Source: Calcarisporiella thermophila CBS 279.70
Taxonomy: Eukaryota > Fungi > Calcarisporiellomycota
Assembly (NCBI RefSeq): GCF_041956535.1
Contig: NW_027192225.1
Location: forward strand, 79,307-143,306
Direction of reading: 5' to 3'
Length of the DNA: 64,000 nt
Part shown: positions 37,490-50,618 of the stretch, piece by piece
Layout of the letters: each line of letters begins with the position of its first letter
How positions within the stretch are numbered: the first letter of the stretch is position 1
Program-made: the position numbers and the translations under genes
Notes under the pieces: generated by a model
Database searches by the model: none
Told to the model about the DNA's origin: nothing
What the model saw: the letters and a program-made list of their open reading frames with translations, nothing else

Positions 37490-37831
37490 ATTTTTTTCGT
37501 TCTGTTGCTATTTCTTTTTATGAATAAGAATAAAAAAGCTAGTCCTTATTTCCCTATGCTCGCCGGAGAGAGCGGCCTGTCTCGTGGTGAGGGCCGCTCA
37601 TGGCGCTTGTTCTACGGATCAAGGGTGCCTGTCGATGAGAGCTTTCCAGGGCCATCCAACAAAAGGGAAGGTCAAGTCACGCTTGGGCCGTATAAATGGG
37701 AATTTTCAATTTTTCCACAAGTTCTCCAAAGTAGATCTGGCACCAACCCTAATCTCCTCCTCCACCTCCACCCTAGCTTCATTCTCAATTCTATTCTTAT
37801 TATCTCTCCCTCCCTCCCCTTATCCTTCACG

Positions 37832-39570
37832 ATGGACCCAAGCACCAAGCGGGCCGTCAATCTTAGCGTACTTCGGCGGCATGATAAAACCATCACGGAG
37901 ATTTTGGATAGCTCGAGCCACGTTGTCATTTACAAATTCAATAGCGCACGTAAAGAATGGGTAGGCGTTCTTTCTCTATAGCCCCCATGAGGAATGACAC
38001 GATCCCATTCCGAGGCGGCTCAACTTACCTGTTCTCCAATGTTTGCTGTTACTATAGGAGAAGAAAGGCGTAGAAGGAACCATGTTTATTTTCAAGAGGT
38101 AGAATTCATGATTTTCATTTTGTTCTCGATTCTCCCCACTTGCCTTGCTGCCATCGGCTATGGAGTGGGGATGGCAGACTTTGCTTTAACTCGTGTTCCC
38201 TGATGCGTTTGCAGATCGGTAGCGCCTGTATATGGATTTTTTATTATGAATCGATTGAGCATCGAGAACTTCCACACATTTCTGACATCGGACGTGGAAA
38301 TCCAGCTTTCATCGGAATTTATCATCTACCGAACAAGCGATGGTGGGTCCTCATCGATTGTAGGGGTGTCGTTGCTTCGTTAATTTTTACGTGCATCTAC
38401 ATGTCTAGATAACATTCACGGCATTTGGATATATGAGCGAGACGATAAGGAACGGATCGGACAGAGATTACTTCAGTGGGTTTCTTAATGCTTCCATGAA
38501 AATGCTTTCATTAATCCCAAGCTCTAACTCCCGATCAGATGCTGCTCTCTCTCCCATTCTATAGAGCCCCCGCCCATGCCTCCGCCGCAGACTGCTTCTC
38601 CCGGTGCCGCCATAGACCCGCCTAAATTCGGAAAGCAGATCGATGTTCTCACCCTCTTCCAGCAAGCGGCTGGCAAAGAACCTACCGATCAACCGCAGCC
38701 GCCACCGCAATCACAGACACAGCCTCCATCGCAATATCAGCAGCAGCAGCAGCAGCGACCACAATCACAGAGGCAAGATCCAGGGAATGAGCTGTTGGCA
38801 ATGTTAACAAAGCGAGTAACAAGCAATGGCTCTCTCTCTCCAAAGGTAGTGTATATTTATGGGAAGGGTCTTTTGTGGATCATGCTTACTTTGTTTTCCA
38901 ATTTTTTCCCTGCCAGTCGAGGAGCGGTTCTGACCATGCGTCAAGCCAGAGTGCTAAAGCTTTGCTCTCCATGCTCCACCAGCAGGATCCCTCCCGTCAA
39001 CCCCTCAATGGCACCCCTCCTCCCCCTCCCCCTTCGTATCCACAGCCACTCTTCTCTAATCAACAAGTATCGCCACCCTCTTCATCGCACCAGCAAATGA
39101 TGTATCCGTACAGCCCGTTGCAACCCCGCCCTCCCCCTACCTCTCTGCAGCAGCCCTGGACGCACTCTCCAAGCTTGGACCTTCTTAATCTGCCCGCGCC
39201 TCCTCTCCCCCCTCCGCCCCCTCCGCCTCTAGCTATGAATCAGGCGCCACACTCGCACGAACTCAACTACCACCATTCCTCTTCGCAGTCACAGCATTCG
39301 GAGCAGTTTTCGCGTGCTGCCGCAAGCGCCCTTTTACAGGTGCTTCGTGGGCCATTAACGCGGAAGGAGTTTGGAGAGAAATTCAAAGCTTTGGTACAGG
39401 TAAACGGGCTCTCTCTATTTTCAAGCATTTCTTGTCGGGAGTCGAAATGAAAAATATCCACCAAGTATTGAAAAATAACTAATTTCTTTTTTTTTTTCCC
39501 CGTTCTCTCATGTGAATAGGATCCAATCTTTTTGGACTTGGTATATCAGCAGTATATAGCAGGGCTATGA
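37832..39570 (+). CDS. DCP1: mRNA-decapping activator Dcp1 (EVH1 domain + long low-complexity tail), multi-exon
   Basis: NLSVLRRHD..ITEIL..SSHVVIYKF...W|EKKGVEGTMFIFKR|...YGFFIMNRLSIENF...IHGIWIYE. Confidence 0.92.
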
Positions 39571-40282
39571 ACAATTTTTCTTTTTTTCTTCTTCTTTTTG
39601 CTTCTCCTCTTTTCTCTTTTTTTCCCTTCTTTTCCCTTCTTTTCCATCCTTTGCCATGTTTTTCTCTTTTTTTCTTTTCCCTTCGGCTCCTGTCTCGTTT
39701 TCCCTTGCCTGTGATTTTTTTTCCACATCCTCCTCAATTGGCGCAATAAACGCTGTGTATGGAACCGAGGTGCTTTTTTTTGCGGGGTCTGATCTGGTCG
39801 GGGCAGGGAAATGAAAACGGAGCATTGGTTTAAGAGGCGCAAACTCGCCCATGTAAGGGAATCCAAATTCGAGCGGGTTTCCGTGACGGGGGGGGGAGAG
39901 AGTAAAACGCAGGGCGTAGGAATGAATCTCTTTCTGAAGGCTTCTTCCCCCCGCACTGCAAGTCAAACAGCTGAAGAAGTGCAAGGCGGCGAGGTGATGT
40001 AATCGGCCTCACCTTCAGATGAAGCGGTGGCTGTAGTTGGCCGCGTTTTGAAGCATTTCATACGAATTAGGGCCGGTGTCTCTGTTTTTCCTGTGTGACC
40101 CCAAATTAAAGTCACAGCCGTCCCCTTCCGCTCTCCTTCCGACCATCACTTGAGCGATTTTCTTTGCAGCTCGAGGCGTTTCAACCTGAAAATAGACTTG
40201 CTTTCTCCCAACTTCCGAACGCTTCCCCGCGGATTTCCATCTCCATTCTCCTCTCCTCCTCATCCCCCAGCGCACATTAACC

Positions 40283-41707
40283 ATGGTTGCCTCCACTGCC
40301 TCGCTGAAGGCCCTTCCCCAGAATATCATACGACTGTGGGACAGTCAAGTCACTCGTGTCTCTGTAAGCATGCCCACCCGCTCTTGATGTGTTTTTTCCC
40401 ACAATGCATTTAACTTGCTCTTGTCTTCTCCCCCCTCTGCCATGTTCCCTTCCCAACCACAGCTGAAGCAAATATACACCGTTGGAAAGTAAGTACATCT
40501 CCCCTGTCCCCCTGCTCCCTCCCCTGCCCCCTCATTCCCTTCCTGTCACTCTTTCCATGATTGCGGTTCCGATGTAGTCTAATCTCTTCCCCCGCTTTCT
40601 CCCTCTCCCCGTGATGCTGCCTCGTCTTGTAGGAGCGTCCTCGCCAGCAAAGACCAGTCCACGGCCATGCTGGTCCCCACCCAGTTCCTCCATGAGGAGC
40701 TCCCCGTTCGCCTGTCTCACACTGTGCGACTCTTGAATTCGCCCGACAGCCTCCTACCACACGAGCTCGCCCAAACCCCCGCCGTGCAACACGTGACGCT
40801 CCGCTATCTCGAGGACATCACCATGCTGACCAACCTACCTCGACCCGACACCCCAAGCAAGGCCTCGGAGTTTTCCGAGATTGTGAAGAGGGTGCGAGAA
40901 CGGCAGCACGAGAACGTGCTTGCGATAGGAAAGGGGCTGGAGCAGCTGGTCAAGGATGGCCGGATCGTGCCGCAGAACCCAGAGCACGAGGAGCGGGCGC
41001 AGAGCTTCTTCGACCGGTTCTACGGGATGGCGCTTGGAGTGGACCTGCTCCTGGGAGAGCACATTGCGCTGCACCACGAAGGAAGAAACCTGGTCCAGCG
41101 CCTGCGCGTGGGCGACATTGCCCGCTCGGCTGCCGAAGAGACCCGCCGGGTGCTCCACGAGCGGTTCGGCAGGGAGGCGCCGGGCGTGGAGATCGTGTGC
41201 CGGGGCGGCAACGAGTGCAACACAATGTACATCCCCGACTATCTCCGGCGCGTCATCTTCGAGATCCTGCACCCCTCGCTGCGCGCGTCCATGCTCCAAC
41301 CCGAGGCGCCCCCCGTCAAGGTGGTGGTGGTGGAGGGTGAAGAGGACGTCAGCATCAAGATCAGCGACCAGGGCGGCGGCTTCCCCATCAGCGCCGCCCA
41401 GCGTATCTGGTCGTATCTCGCCAACCCTGCCGTCATCCCGGCCCCGCACGACCGGCCCTCGGCCGCCGCATACCCCCACTGGCCCCTTCCCACCTATGGG
41501 CACGGCATGCCGGTGGCAAGGCTGATTGCACGCTACTTTGGCGGCGAGCTCAGTGTGGTGTCGATGGAGGGCTACGGAACCGACACCTACTTCGCTCTCT
41601 ACCGCGACGAGACCTACCCCGAAAATCTGCCCGTGCCACAGCTAAGCCCCGGCGCCAACCTCGGCGAGATGCTGCAAGCCAAAAAGGCGGGAATTCTGAG
41701 TTCATAG
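40283..41707 (+). CDS. Mitochondrial alpha-ketoacid dehydrogenase kinase family protein (PDK/BCKDK-like), divergent, 3 exons
   Basis: QFLHEELPVRLSH, FFDRFY, EHIAL, YIPDYLRRVIFEIL, EDVSIKISDQGGG, ARLIARYFGGEL.V.SMEGYGTD. Confidence 0.88.
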
Positions 41708-44398
41708 CGGGCACAACCGTGTGCTTCCCACGGGGGACTCCTTTAGTATCTCTTGGTTGCTATTTTTCTGTACAATAAGCTCATTTTCTTCTTATTTATG
41801 GTCAATAGTTCAAATACAAGTTCTCACGTTGGTCTTTGCTGCTTTCTCTTCTCCTTCTCTCCCCCCCCTTTCCCTCTCTCATGTGTGTTTCTCTTTCTGT
41901 TTCTTATACTATGTATTTTTAATTCCCCCTCCCATTTTCAGCCCCACTTTCATAATAAATTATCTGAAAGCATCTCCCTCCCTGGACCAAAATAAATTCC
42001 TGCAAACTCTATCCAGGCTGAAAAGCCATCCGAATCAACCATTACCAAGTTTGGTGACGAGCGGCGCTGCGTGCCGGATGCCAGCAAGGAATGTGGCTGA
42101 AAATTGGGCGAGAATAGAATATTGGAGGAAGCAAAAAGTTCAGTGTTGAAAGTGGGTAAACAGGAAAAGCCGAGACTCAGCACGAGGTTCTCCAAGCCTA
42201 CTCAAAAGATGCAACTCTAGCTATTTGTATACTAAGCTTCCCGTTAGGCGAGCAAGAGTTTGCAAGTACGACTGCTCTGAGCCCCGACTTGGATGGCCAA
42301 AGTAGTCGGTTAAAGAGAGTCGATTTTAGATTTAGTAAGGGCGTGTTGGTTCGGCTCAGCATTTTATACCTATATTGAGTCCTCGTGTACCCTGGCTAGT
42401 TCAAATTCCTCCTTCCCACATAAAGTTCCGGTCTTGGTCCCGGTGTAGGCAACATAAACGCGACCAACCCTCTATGCATTGCTATTATGGATAAGACATC
42501 TAAGACATCCTAAGCTATCTGCTTGAGGCTTTTCTCAAGGTGATAAGAGAGGTTGCTTCCCAACGTCTAAAGCGAGCCTTTTGGAGAGCCTCATTTCACC
42601 CTGGCGGTCGTCTATTCATAAGCTCGTAATTATCCGATCATGAACGGATGACTCCAAAGACAACCCTCTTGAAAGTCGTCCATTCACACCAGCGCGTCGA
42701 GCTTTAGAAAGAAGTAAATTATCTTGTGGAAAGAAGGCTTGCAGCGTGAGAAAAGATGGTAATAGTTTTACACGGTGCAATGCCCTTAGGAGAGTGTTTA
42801 ACAAATTCTAGGGGAGGGTGAGAAATAAAGAGCAGGCCAAGGCTGTATTCAATTATTAAAGTTATGTAGTTATGTGATTTATTTCATTTTTCCGTAATTG
42901 CTCTGACGACCAGAGTCTTGCGGAATGGGAGCATCGACCGAAAGCCGTGAGGAAAATTGCTTATCAAAACCTTGTCAACTCTACCTATTCGAAACTGGGC
43001 ACGAGACAATTGTACCTCTCCAACTCTTGGCCCATGACCTACTTAAAAACTAGCGCACTAAGTCCAATGATACTAGCGAGAGACTTTGCTCTATATTTTC
43101 AAGCCTTGGGTTCACCGTGAAACCTGATTTATTATTCATTCATACGGTTAATTTAATGGCGAGATAACAGGATCAAGATGATTGAATTTGAAAACCCGTG
43201 AGTGGATCGGCTATCCCTATTGTTGCCAAGTACAATATTTTGACTGTATTCAACTGCTGAGAATGAGTGATGTATATTGTTTTGGGTGGTAGAGCGGTTT
43301 CCAGAGTGGGTATAGCGGTAAGAGCATCACCCGTTTTGGTGTTATCACATATTAAAAGTCCCCTTATTCTCAACACCGGTTTCAATAAGGAGCCCCCATT
43401 ATATGAAGACATGCTGTTAATAAATGGGGCAGTAAACGAGAGTGTTGCTGTTTTGATTAGGATCGGTGTTAAAATTATAGTCATATATTGTTCAAACTTT
43501 AATTGTAGCTTTGGTGTTCTAAATAAGAATCACTCAAAAGAGAACCGAGTTACCATGTATGGAACCTAGAAAATTGAGTTAGCATAGGAAATATATAGCT
43601 ACGCTATGTATCATGATCATATTTTATTTCTCAAAGTATGGATACCTAGGTCCGCTCAGTATCATTTCCATCCTTAGTCCTAATACACGTGGCAGGGGCC
43701 AAGATCCAGGGGCCTCATGTAACCTATCCTGATATATTGATTTCTCATCTGTCGATTCTATTTTACCGGGTATTCTCCAATGAAATTTAGGTTGAATGAG
43801 CAAACCGGCGGGGTCATGAGAATGCTTGGGAGATAGATTCCGCCCTTGCGCACAACACCGCCCGGTCGAAGTTGTATGGAGCATTCAAGCTCTCCGGTGG
43901 CGAAGCTTACCTGCAAGCATCATTGTTTGCATCACACCCTGCCGGAAACAAGCAGGCGGTCGTATGATTGTGAATGCAATAGCGGCATTTCAGCTAGCCT
44001 TTCTATAGCTTCGTTTTCGTAATAGCGGGCTGCAAGACCCTTGAAGGTAGTAGTTTGTGCAAATCGTGTGCCATTTCCCTAAAATGTGCGCAATAGCAGC
44101 AAGCCAAGAATAATGCAAACGTTATAGGATGCCATGCCACAAATTACCTCGGTTAGTGTTTCCGTACCACCTTACCTAAAATCTGATTGGAAGCGGGTAC
44201 GAATATTTCATATTACTTAGAAACCAGAAATAAAATTGCCATATGCCACTCAAATATGTGCTGTCGATGAAAAAGATGGCAGGAAGGCTATCTCTCTACC
44301 CGGAAGAGTTTTTTTCCCACCTTTTTCTTTTTATAGGTGCCAATTGCTTTCTAGTGTTGTGAATTTTTATTGTCTGTTTCTAAATTCATCTCTACGCT

Positions 44399-46497
44399 AT
44401 GCATCGCTCCACGCTAGCTTGGCTGGTGCTCTCCCTATTGACTCTAAATGTTTGCGCCTTTCCGGTTCAGGTCACCCTACAGGACCGATTCACTAAACGC
44501 CTTGAGGCAGAGCGGTTTGCGAATTACAGCATCACCGTGAAGGAGCCCAAAGTGAATTGCGATAATGTCACGCAGTACTCCGGCTATGTTCACACTCCCA
44601 CCGATAAACACTTGTTCTTCTGGTTCTTTGAGGCCAGAAAGGACCCTGAGAATGCCCCCGTCACTCTCTGGCTCAACGGCGGCCCAGGTGATGCTCTTGG
44701 ATTTTGTTCCCATTCTGCTTTTGCTCTTTCTTGCATGATATTGACCCCTTTTTGGGATTTTCAATAGGTTGCTCAAGTTTGATAGGGCTTTTCCAAGAGC
44801 TGGGTCCATGCACTGCAGACAACACCACGGCCAAACATCGAGCCAACGCATGGAACGAAGTGTCCAATTTGCTCTTTCTAGATCAGGTATTGTCGGTTGG
44901 CGAGAGGAGAGGGATAATTGATTTATTGATCCCAATATTCATTCACTATATCAAATATCCTTAGCCTGCCGGGGTTGGCCTCAGCTACGGTAACATCTCT
45001 GCCGATTCCACCGTCAAAAGCAGCGAAGATGTGTATACGTTCTTGCAGATTTTCTTTGGGCATTTCACTAAGTACAATAAGAAGCCGTTCTACATATTTG
45101 GAGAGAGTTATGCTGGTAAGACTTTGTGCATCCTTTCCTCCATGGCCAGAGCTGAAATTTAATGTCGGCAAACTATAGGACATTATATTCCGGCATTTGC
45201 AAAAACAATTGTTGACAACAACGAGAAAAAGGACTCCGGTCTACTAAACATCCAATTAGCAAGTGTGGGCATTGGCAATGGTTGGACCGAGTATGTACAT
45301 GTTTTGGGCCAAGTTTGGTCACAATTTACTAACTATTTCCCTTTTACTTTTTGTTTCTAGCCCCCTAACTCAATAGTAGGTTTCGCTGAGTATGCTTATG
45401 ACTTCTTGTATTAATTCAATATCTTTTTCTTCTTTAGTGGCCACTACGGGACATATGCTTGTGACAACCCAGACAGTAAGTCATTTGATTGTATGAAAAA
45501 ACAAACAACTCTTCTTACTCATCTTCTGTGTTCGCATGGATACTAGTAAAACCTCTTTTTGACAAGAAGACCTGCAAGAAAATCAAGAGAGACTATGAAA
45601 CCAAGTGTAAACCCGAAGGTAAAATATTTTTGCGAGAAACTTCAGAATACACGAGGCTAAAGGGAGTGATCTACTCTCGCTTCTAGGGCAAAAATGTTAT
45701 GACGACATCAGTAACGCAAAACAGTGCGGCTTTGCGGATGAGTTATGCAACAACGTTACCTATAATCCTTTCGGCAACCTCCACCTAAACCCATACGACA
45801 TTAGAGTCAATGATACTACGGATTTGAATTCCGATTACGTGAATTTCCTCAGAAGGCCAGAGGTGAAGGGAGAGCTAGGCGTACCGGACAACATAACCTT
45901 CCAGGATTGTTCGGATAGTGTGTATGAGGCGTTCACGAAGACAGGGGATAGTATGGTCCCATTCCACAACGATGTGAAATATCGTATGTAACTCTTCCAC
46001 CTTCGACACGATCCTAGGCTGGATATTTTGCTATTCTATGGCTTATTGATGATGTTGTCTACTTGATAGTGCTCGAGAAGAATATACCCGTGCTTTTATA
46101 TGTTGGGGATCAAGGTAGGGTCGCCCAGATATTTAACCCAAACCCTGTTGCATCACTAACTCCTTGGTCCAATATATCTATCCCTTATAGACTTTATCTG
46201 CAATTGGATGGGCAACCTTGCGTGGAGCGATGCGCTAGAATGGAGTGGTCAAGCGGAATATACTGCTGCCAAACTGACCGAATGGAGCTTGGATGGAAAA
46301 CCTGCGGGCAAGCAAAAGGCCTTCAAGAATTTCGTCTTTACAACCATTTACCAGGCTGGGCATGAGGTATATTCCGCCGGAGCAATCACTTCCATTAGTA
46401 GACTCTAACGCTATTTGCCTTTTAGGTTCCTGCGTACCAGCCCGAAGTTTCGCTCCACATGTTCCGATCTTGGCTTCAGGGCAAGACCACCTTTTAA
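44399..46497 (+). CDS. Secreted serine carboxypeptidase (S10, CPY-like), ~11 exons
   Basis: Signal peptide; [19 protein letters not shown]|CSS, LFLDQ|PAGVGLSY; catalytic GESYAG|HYIP, GDQ|DFICNW, AGHE|VP. Confidence 0.94.
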
Positions 46498-47053
46498 ACA
46501 AGAATACACTTGTTGTATAATACTAATGTGATTATATATGTAATCAATGTATCTACGGTGGTGACCAAGATAAACTTTTTAATTATGGGGATAAAATATT
46601 AGTACGTCCTTTTTTTTTGTTTTAATTTTTGAATAAGGGCCCGGATTAAATTTCTCTACTGTCTACCCATGCTTCAAAGACCGTCTTAAATCCAACGAAT
46701 AAATCTTTATTAATTTATTCTCTTCTTTTTTGCACAGTGGTTTTATTTCCAGCACATTGAGCTGCGTGGGACCAAGTCTTTTTTTTTTTTTGAAATCACG
46801 AGGACTTTGAATAGATTTGGTCATGCGTGCAAATCTATCCCAGAAGTATTTTGACGGCAATAATGAGAGCATTTTGATGCGGCCCCTGTCTACTGTCTAA
46901 TTCAACATTTTGGAATCATATATTCGCAGTTACTAAATCCAGTTTGACCTATATATCCTATATCCGAAGCTCTTCTAGCTATTTATTTCTGCGCCACATT
47001 TGTTGCAATCTCATATAGCGTCCTACTTAATCTAGTTAGTGCTCATTAGAACC

Positions 47054-48127
47054 ATGATTAAAACACCACTAAATCGACTATGGAGACATGGTTGTGGTAT
47101 GTACTAGAATGGTGCCTCTTTTTCTAGACAATTTTATTCAAAATTCTGGTAACTGGCTGAATGATCCCAAATAGTATTGAATAATTTACAATGTCAAGCA
47201 TTACGGTCTCCGTTTCATCCAACCTCTCGCACCTATGCTAGCGTCACTCCTTCCACCTCACAGTCTTCAACAACAACTAATCCCATTTCTCAAGCACCAT
47301 CCTCACCCAATCGACCCAATAAAGGAGTTTACCATTTCGATACACATAAGCTCGTTGCACAGTTAGAGTCTAGCGGATTCACACGAGGCCAGGCAATAGC
47401 TCTTATGCGGGCAATGGATGCACTGCTGTCAGAGGGTGTGAGAGTAACTGAGAGCACGTTATTACAGAAAGCCGATCTCGAGAATGTAACGATCTACCTG
47501 AATGTTACGTGCCGATAGCCACTTTATAATTGTACTCATTTCTCATTGGCTCTGGATAGAATTCGTATCTTTTCAAAGCAGCCCTCTCCGAGCTCCGCAC
47601 CGAGATCGAGATTCTCCGTCGCAATGACACTGCTCTTTTGCGTTCTGAGCTCGCTATAATAGAGCGGGATATCTCCACCCAGGGGCAGAAACTCCGCGAG
47701 GATCTCGGGGTACTAAAGCATGACATTCAACTCGAGATGAATAATAGAAAAGCAGAATCACGGGAGGAAATCAAGAGGCAGCAGTTGCATGTGCACGAAA
47801 TGAACAATAAATATAGCGTGTCCCTCGGGGATATTCGAACCGAGATCGAGACAGTGAAGTGGGAGACCACCAGGCGGGGGCTTTGTATGTTGACGCGAGA
47901 TTAGACATCTTCTCTTGCTATACTTCTAAGGATTAATTGGATTGTTTTTTTTTCTCCCTATTATAGTACTGGTCTTCTCCACTGCAACTGGTATCCTCCT
48001 GGTGTCCTATCTTCTTAATCGTCTCACGCCAGTCACCCCTCCTGAAGAGGTTCCTCTTCCGTCCACAGAGGTACAACTCAATAACTTAGGCGAGCCTGTA
48101 TTCCAAGACATGGAGGATAAATTATAG
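47054..48127 (+). CDS. Mitochondrial DUF1640 coiled-coil protein (Fmp32/CCDC90/MCUR1-like), multi-exon
   Basis: HFDTHKLVAQLESSGFTRGQA, YLFKAALSELRTEI, LKHDIQLEMNNRK, DIRTEIETVKW and C-terminal TM. Confidence 0.88.
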
Positions 48128-48524
48128 GAGATGGGATGGTCTGTTCTGTCTAATAATAAACAAACTATTAGAATATATATGTATTTCCAAGACAGCTTGT
48201 GAAAAAGAATTAATAGAACAAACACACTCAAGGAAGGAAAAAGTGGACCTAGGTAGATTGAGTAAACAAAAAGGAAAAATAAGTCAGGCAAAGTTGAATA
48301 ATAAAGGCAATATGAAGGAGAGTCGATGATCATGTGTATAGGGAATAGATGTAGAGCAGAGTATAAGAAATGGGGGATAAATTAGGTCTGACACAAGAGA
48401 AGGGGGTAGAAGGATAGGGTGGACAAGCGAAAGTAATGGAAGAGGCTGTGGGTAAAACAAAGGCAAAGGAATAGAAGTGAATTGAGTAGAAAATGTTCTC
48501 GCACGAAATATGCATTCAATATCA

Positions 48525-49943
48525 TTAGCTTTCAACCGAAGTGGCGAGTCGCGTCCCCAGAGCCTGCTCCACTAGACTACGAAACTCAACGCTCAGTTCA
48601 GGATTCTGTAGAATTATCTCCACCGCTTCCACCGTTTCGTCTGCAGTAGCAAGCGAGGCATTGAATGCAGACACCACTGATGAAAACAAGATGCAATTTA
48701 GAACTAGTACTACCGCAGGTGACCGGTAGAAAATGAGTCCATACCTTTGGCGAATTCGGCGAATTTCTCCACAGACAAGTTATCTCTTATTCGCTTGTAC
48801 AGCATAGTGAATGCGCTGCGTGGCACTACGCCTTCGGTACTTCTAGCCCGGGCGATACGAGAGGCAATGGAGGCCGGCATGGAATGTCGATGAGGCTGGG
48901 AACTCAAGAACTTGTATTCCATAGGTGGGGAGGAGTTGTTGGAAGTTGGATCGTGCTCGATATTATTGCGAGAGGAACTTCGCTTAAGCCTATTGACCAG
49001 CGAAGTAGAACGGGTGTAGTGTTGGCACGGATCTTCTTGCTGGCTACTGAACTCTTTATTTGACTCAAAACTAAGTTCAGGGTGGAGAAGGAGGTGTTTT
49101 TCATCAAAGGAGGTGGCGCGCTGGTACAGATTATCGCCCCTTCGTTGTCGAGCAAGTGGGGGAATAATCGTTCGTGATGTGGGGCGTTCTAGTGAGGAAG
49201 TACGAATAATGCTTGGAGTTGTGATAGTGATGGACTTTGGTCGACGCACCCCATAACTAGAAGCGGAATCAAGTGACCTGTGAAGAGCCACAGGTTTCTT
49301 TGTGGACTCATTAGGGATATTCGATGGGGAATGGGCATTATTGGGGTTAGTTTCCTCGAGAGAAAGGTCCGTCAAGGAAAGCTTGGTATCAATAGAGGTT
49401 GTAGAATTATCGATATTAATGGGGTTCTCGCTTTGTATCATTTCAACCACTGACTATATTATGAAGAGTTGAATAGAAATAGGCATACTTATATAAGTAT
49501 ACCTGAATTGCATAGATGCTTGCATTATGGCCAAAAATGAAAAATAAAACCTACCTTACGAAATGAATGCAAGTGCCCCGTTTCTTCTTTCAATGATCGA
49601 CATTCATATAGCAATTTCTGTTTTTCTTCTCGCCTCTCCTCTCGCTCTTTGGCAAGTGTCCCTTCAAGATCTTTTACCCGTGCTTCTAAAACGGCAATTT
49701 CCTTCGAGCCCTGGGAAGCCAATCTTTTGTAATGGGCAAGGTCGTCGAGTAGTTGTGCATGTCGCTGATGGAAGGCATCAAAAGCCTGAAGAATCAATTT
49801 CAGACCCTTGTCCAACTATAGAAAGGGGAAGAGTAAAGTCACATGCTATAAGCAAGTGTTTGAATAAGTTTTACCTGGGCGTCGGCCACTGTTCTCTCAC
49901 TAGCCCAATCGTCGATGTCGGATTGCTGGGACGATCCGCGCAT
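48525..49943 (-). CDS. Coiled-coil protein with At4g15545-like C-terminal helical domain, multi-exon
   Basis: N-terminal coiled coil ending HLHSFRK|SVVEMIQ, Ser-rich linker, C-terminal AFTMLYKRIRDNLSVEKFAEFAK|VVSAFNA...TADETVEAVEIIL...LSVEFRSLV. Confidence 0.65.
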
Positions 49944-50618
49944 TGTGTATATTCTCTCTACTCGCACGGAGAAATCTCTTGACTGGCCCCTTCGTTCCGC
50001 GTCTTCTTAAATGCACGAAATAATTAGGGATAAAGACCCAGGGTGGCGAGGAATGATCCTCCCCCAAAAATCAGTTTCTTGAACAATAAAAGTCGAATTT
50101 TTTTTTTTTCAAAATTAGGTTAGGAAACGCTCTTCTGAAAGTCGCGCTGTATGGTGCACGCTCAATTTGGAAACCTGCATAATATTGCCGATGGAATTAC
50201 ATTGGTGATATCAGGGACCGTTTCATGGGGAAAGTGTGTATCACAACCTCTTGGAAATCGGATGGCACCAAAGATATATCACAATGATCGATCATTTAGC
50301 AGTAAAACTGGCCGGAAATTCTTAGTATCTTTCGAGATATGCCTGATACGAATTTGGATAAATAGCCACTATCCAATATCAGGTTATGTCGAAACCACTT
50401 CTTTGACTATGGACTTTGGGTGGTTTTCAGAATAAGTAATACTTTAATCAATTCTAAGTACAAATAAAGGTAATCATTTGAAATGTGAATATAAACAAAA
50501 CAAGCAGAGAGTGGACCAGAGGAGTCAAAACGGGAATAATAATGCACTAAACAAATATAGATTGAATAGTTGGAGAAAAGAAGAGAAGAGGAATGCAACT
50601 CAAATATCAGCAAGCGTC

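Noticed and set aside
39546-39984. Lys/Glu-rich minus-strand ORFs after DCP1
   Set aside because: They arise from the T/C-rich 3'-UTR read on the opposite strand.
42335-42420. GTTCAAATTCC B-box-like motif, possible tRNA or SINE
   Set aside because: Could not build a cloverleaf or find a proper A-box.
43173-43569. Two ~100-aa opposite-strand ORFs in the 42-44 kb gap
   Set aside because: No recognisable family or transposon motifs; cannot be supported as genes or relics.
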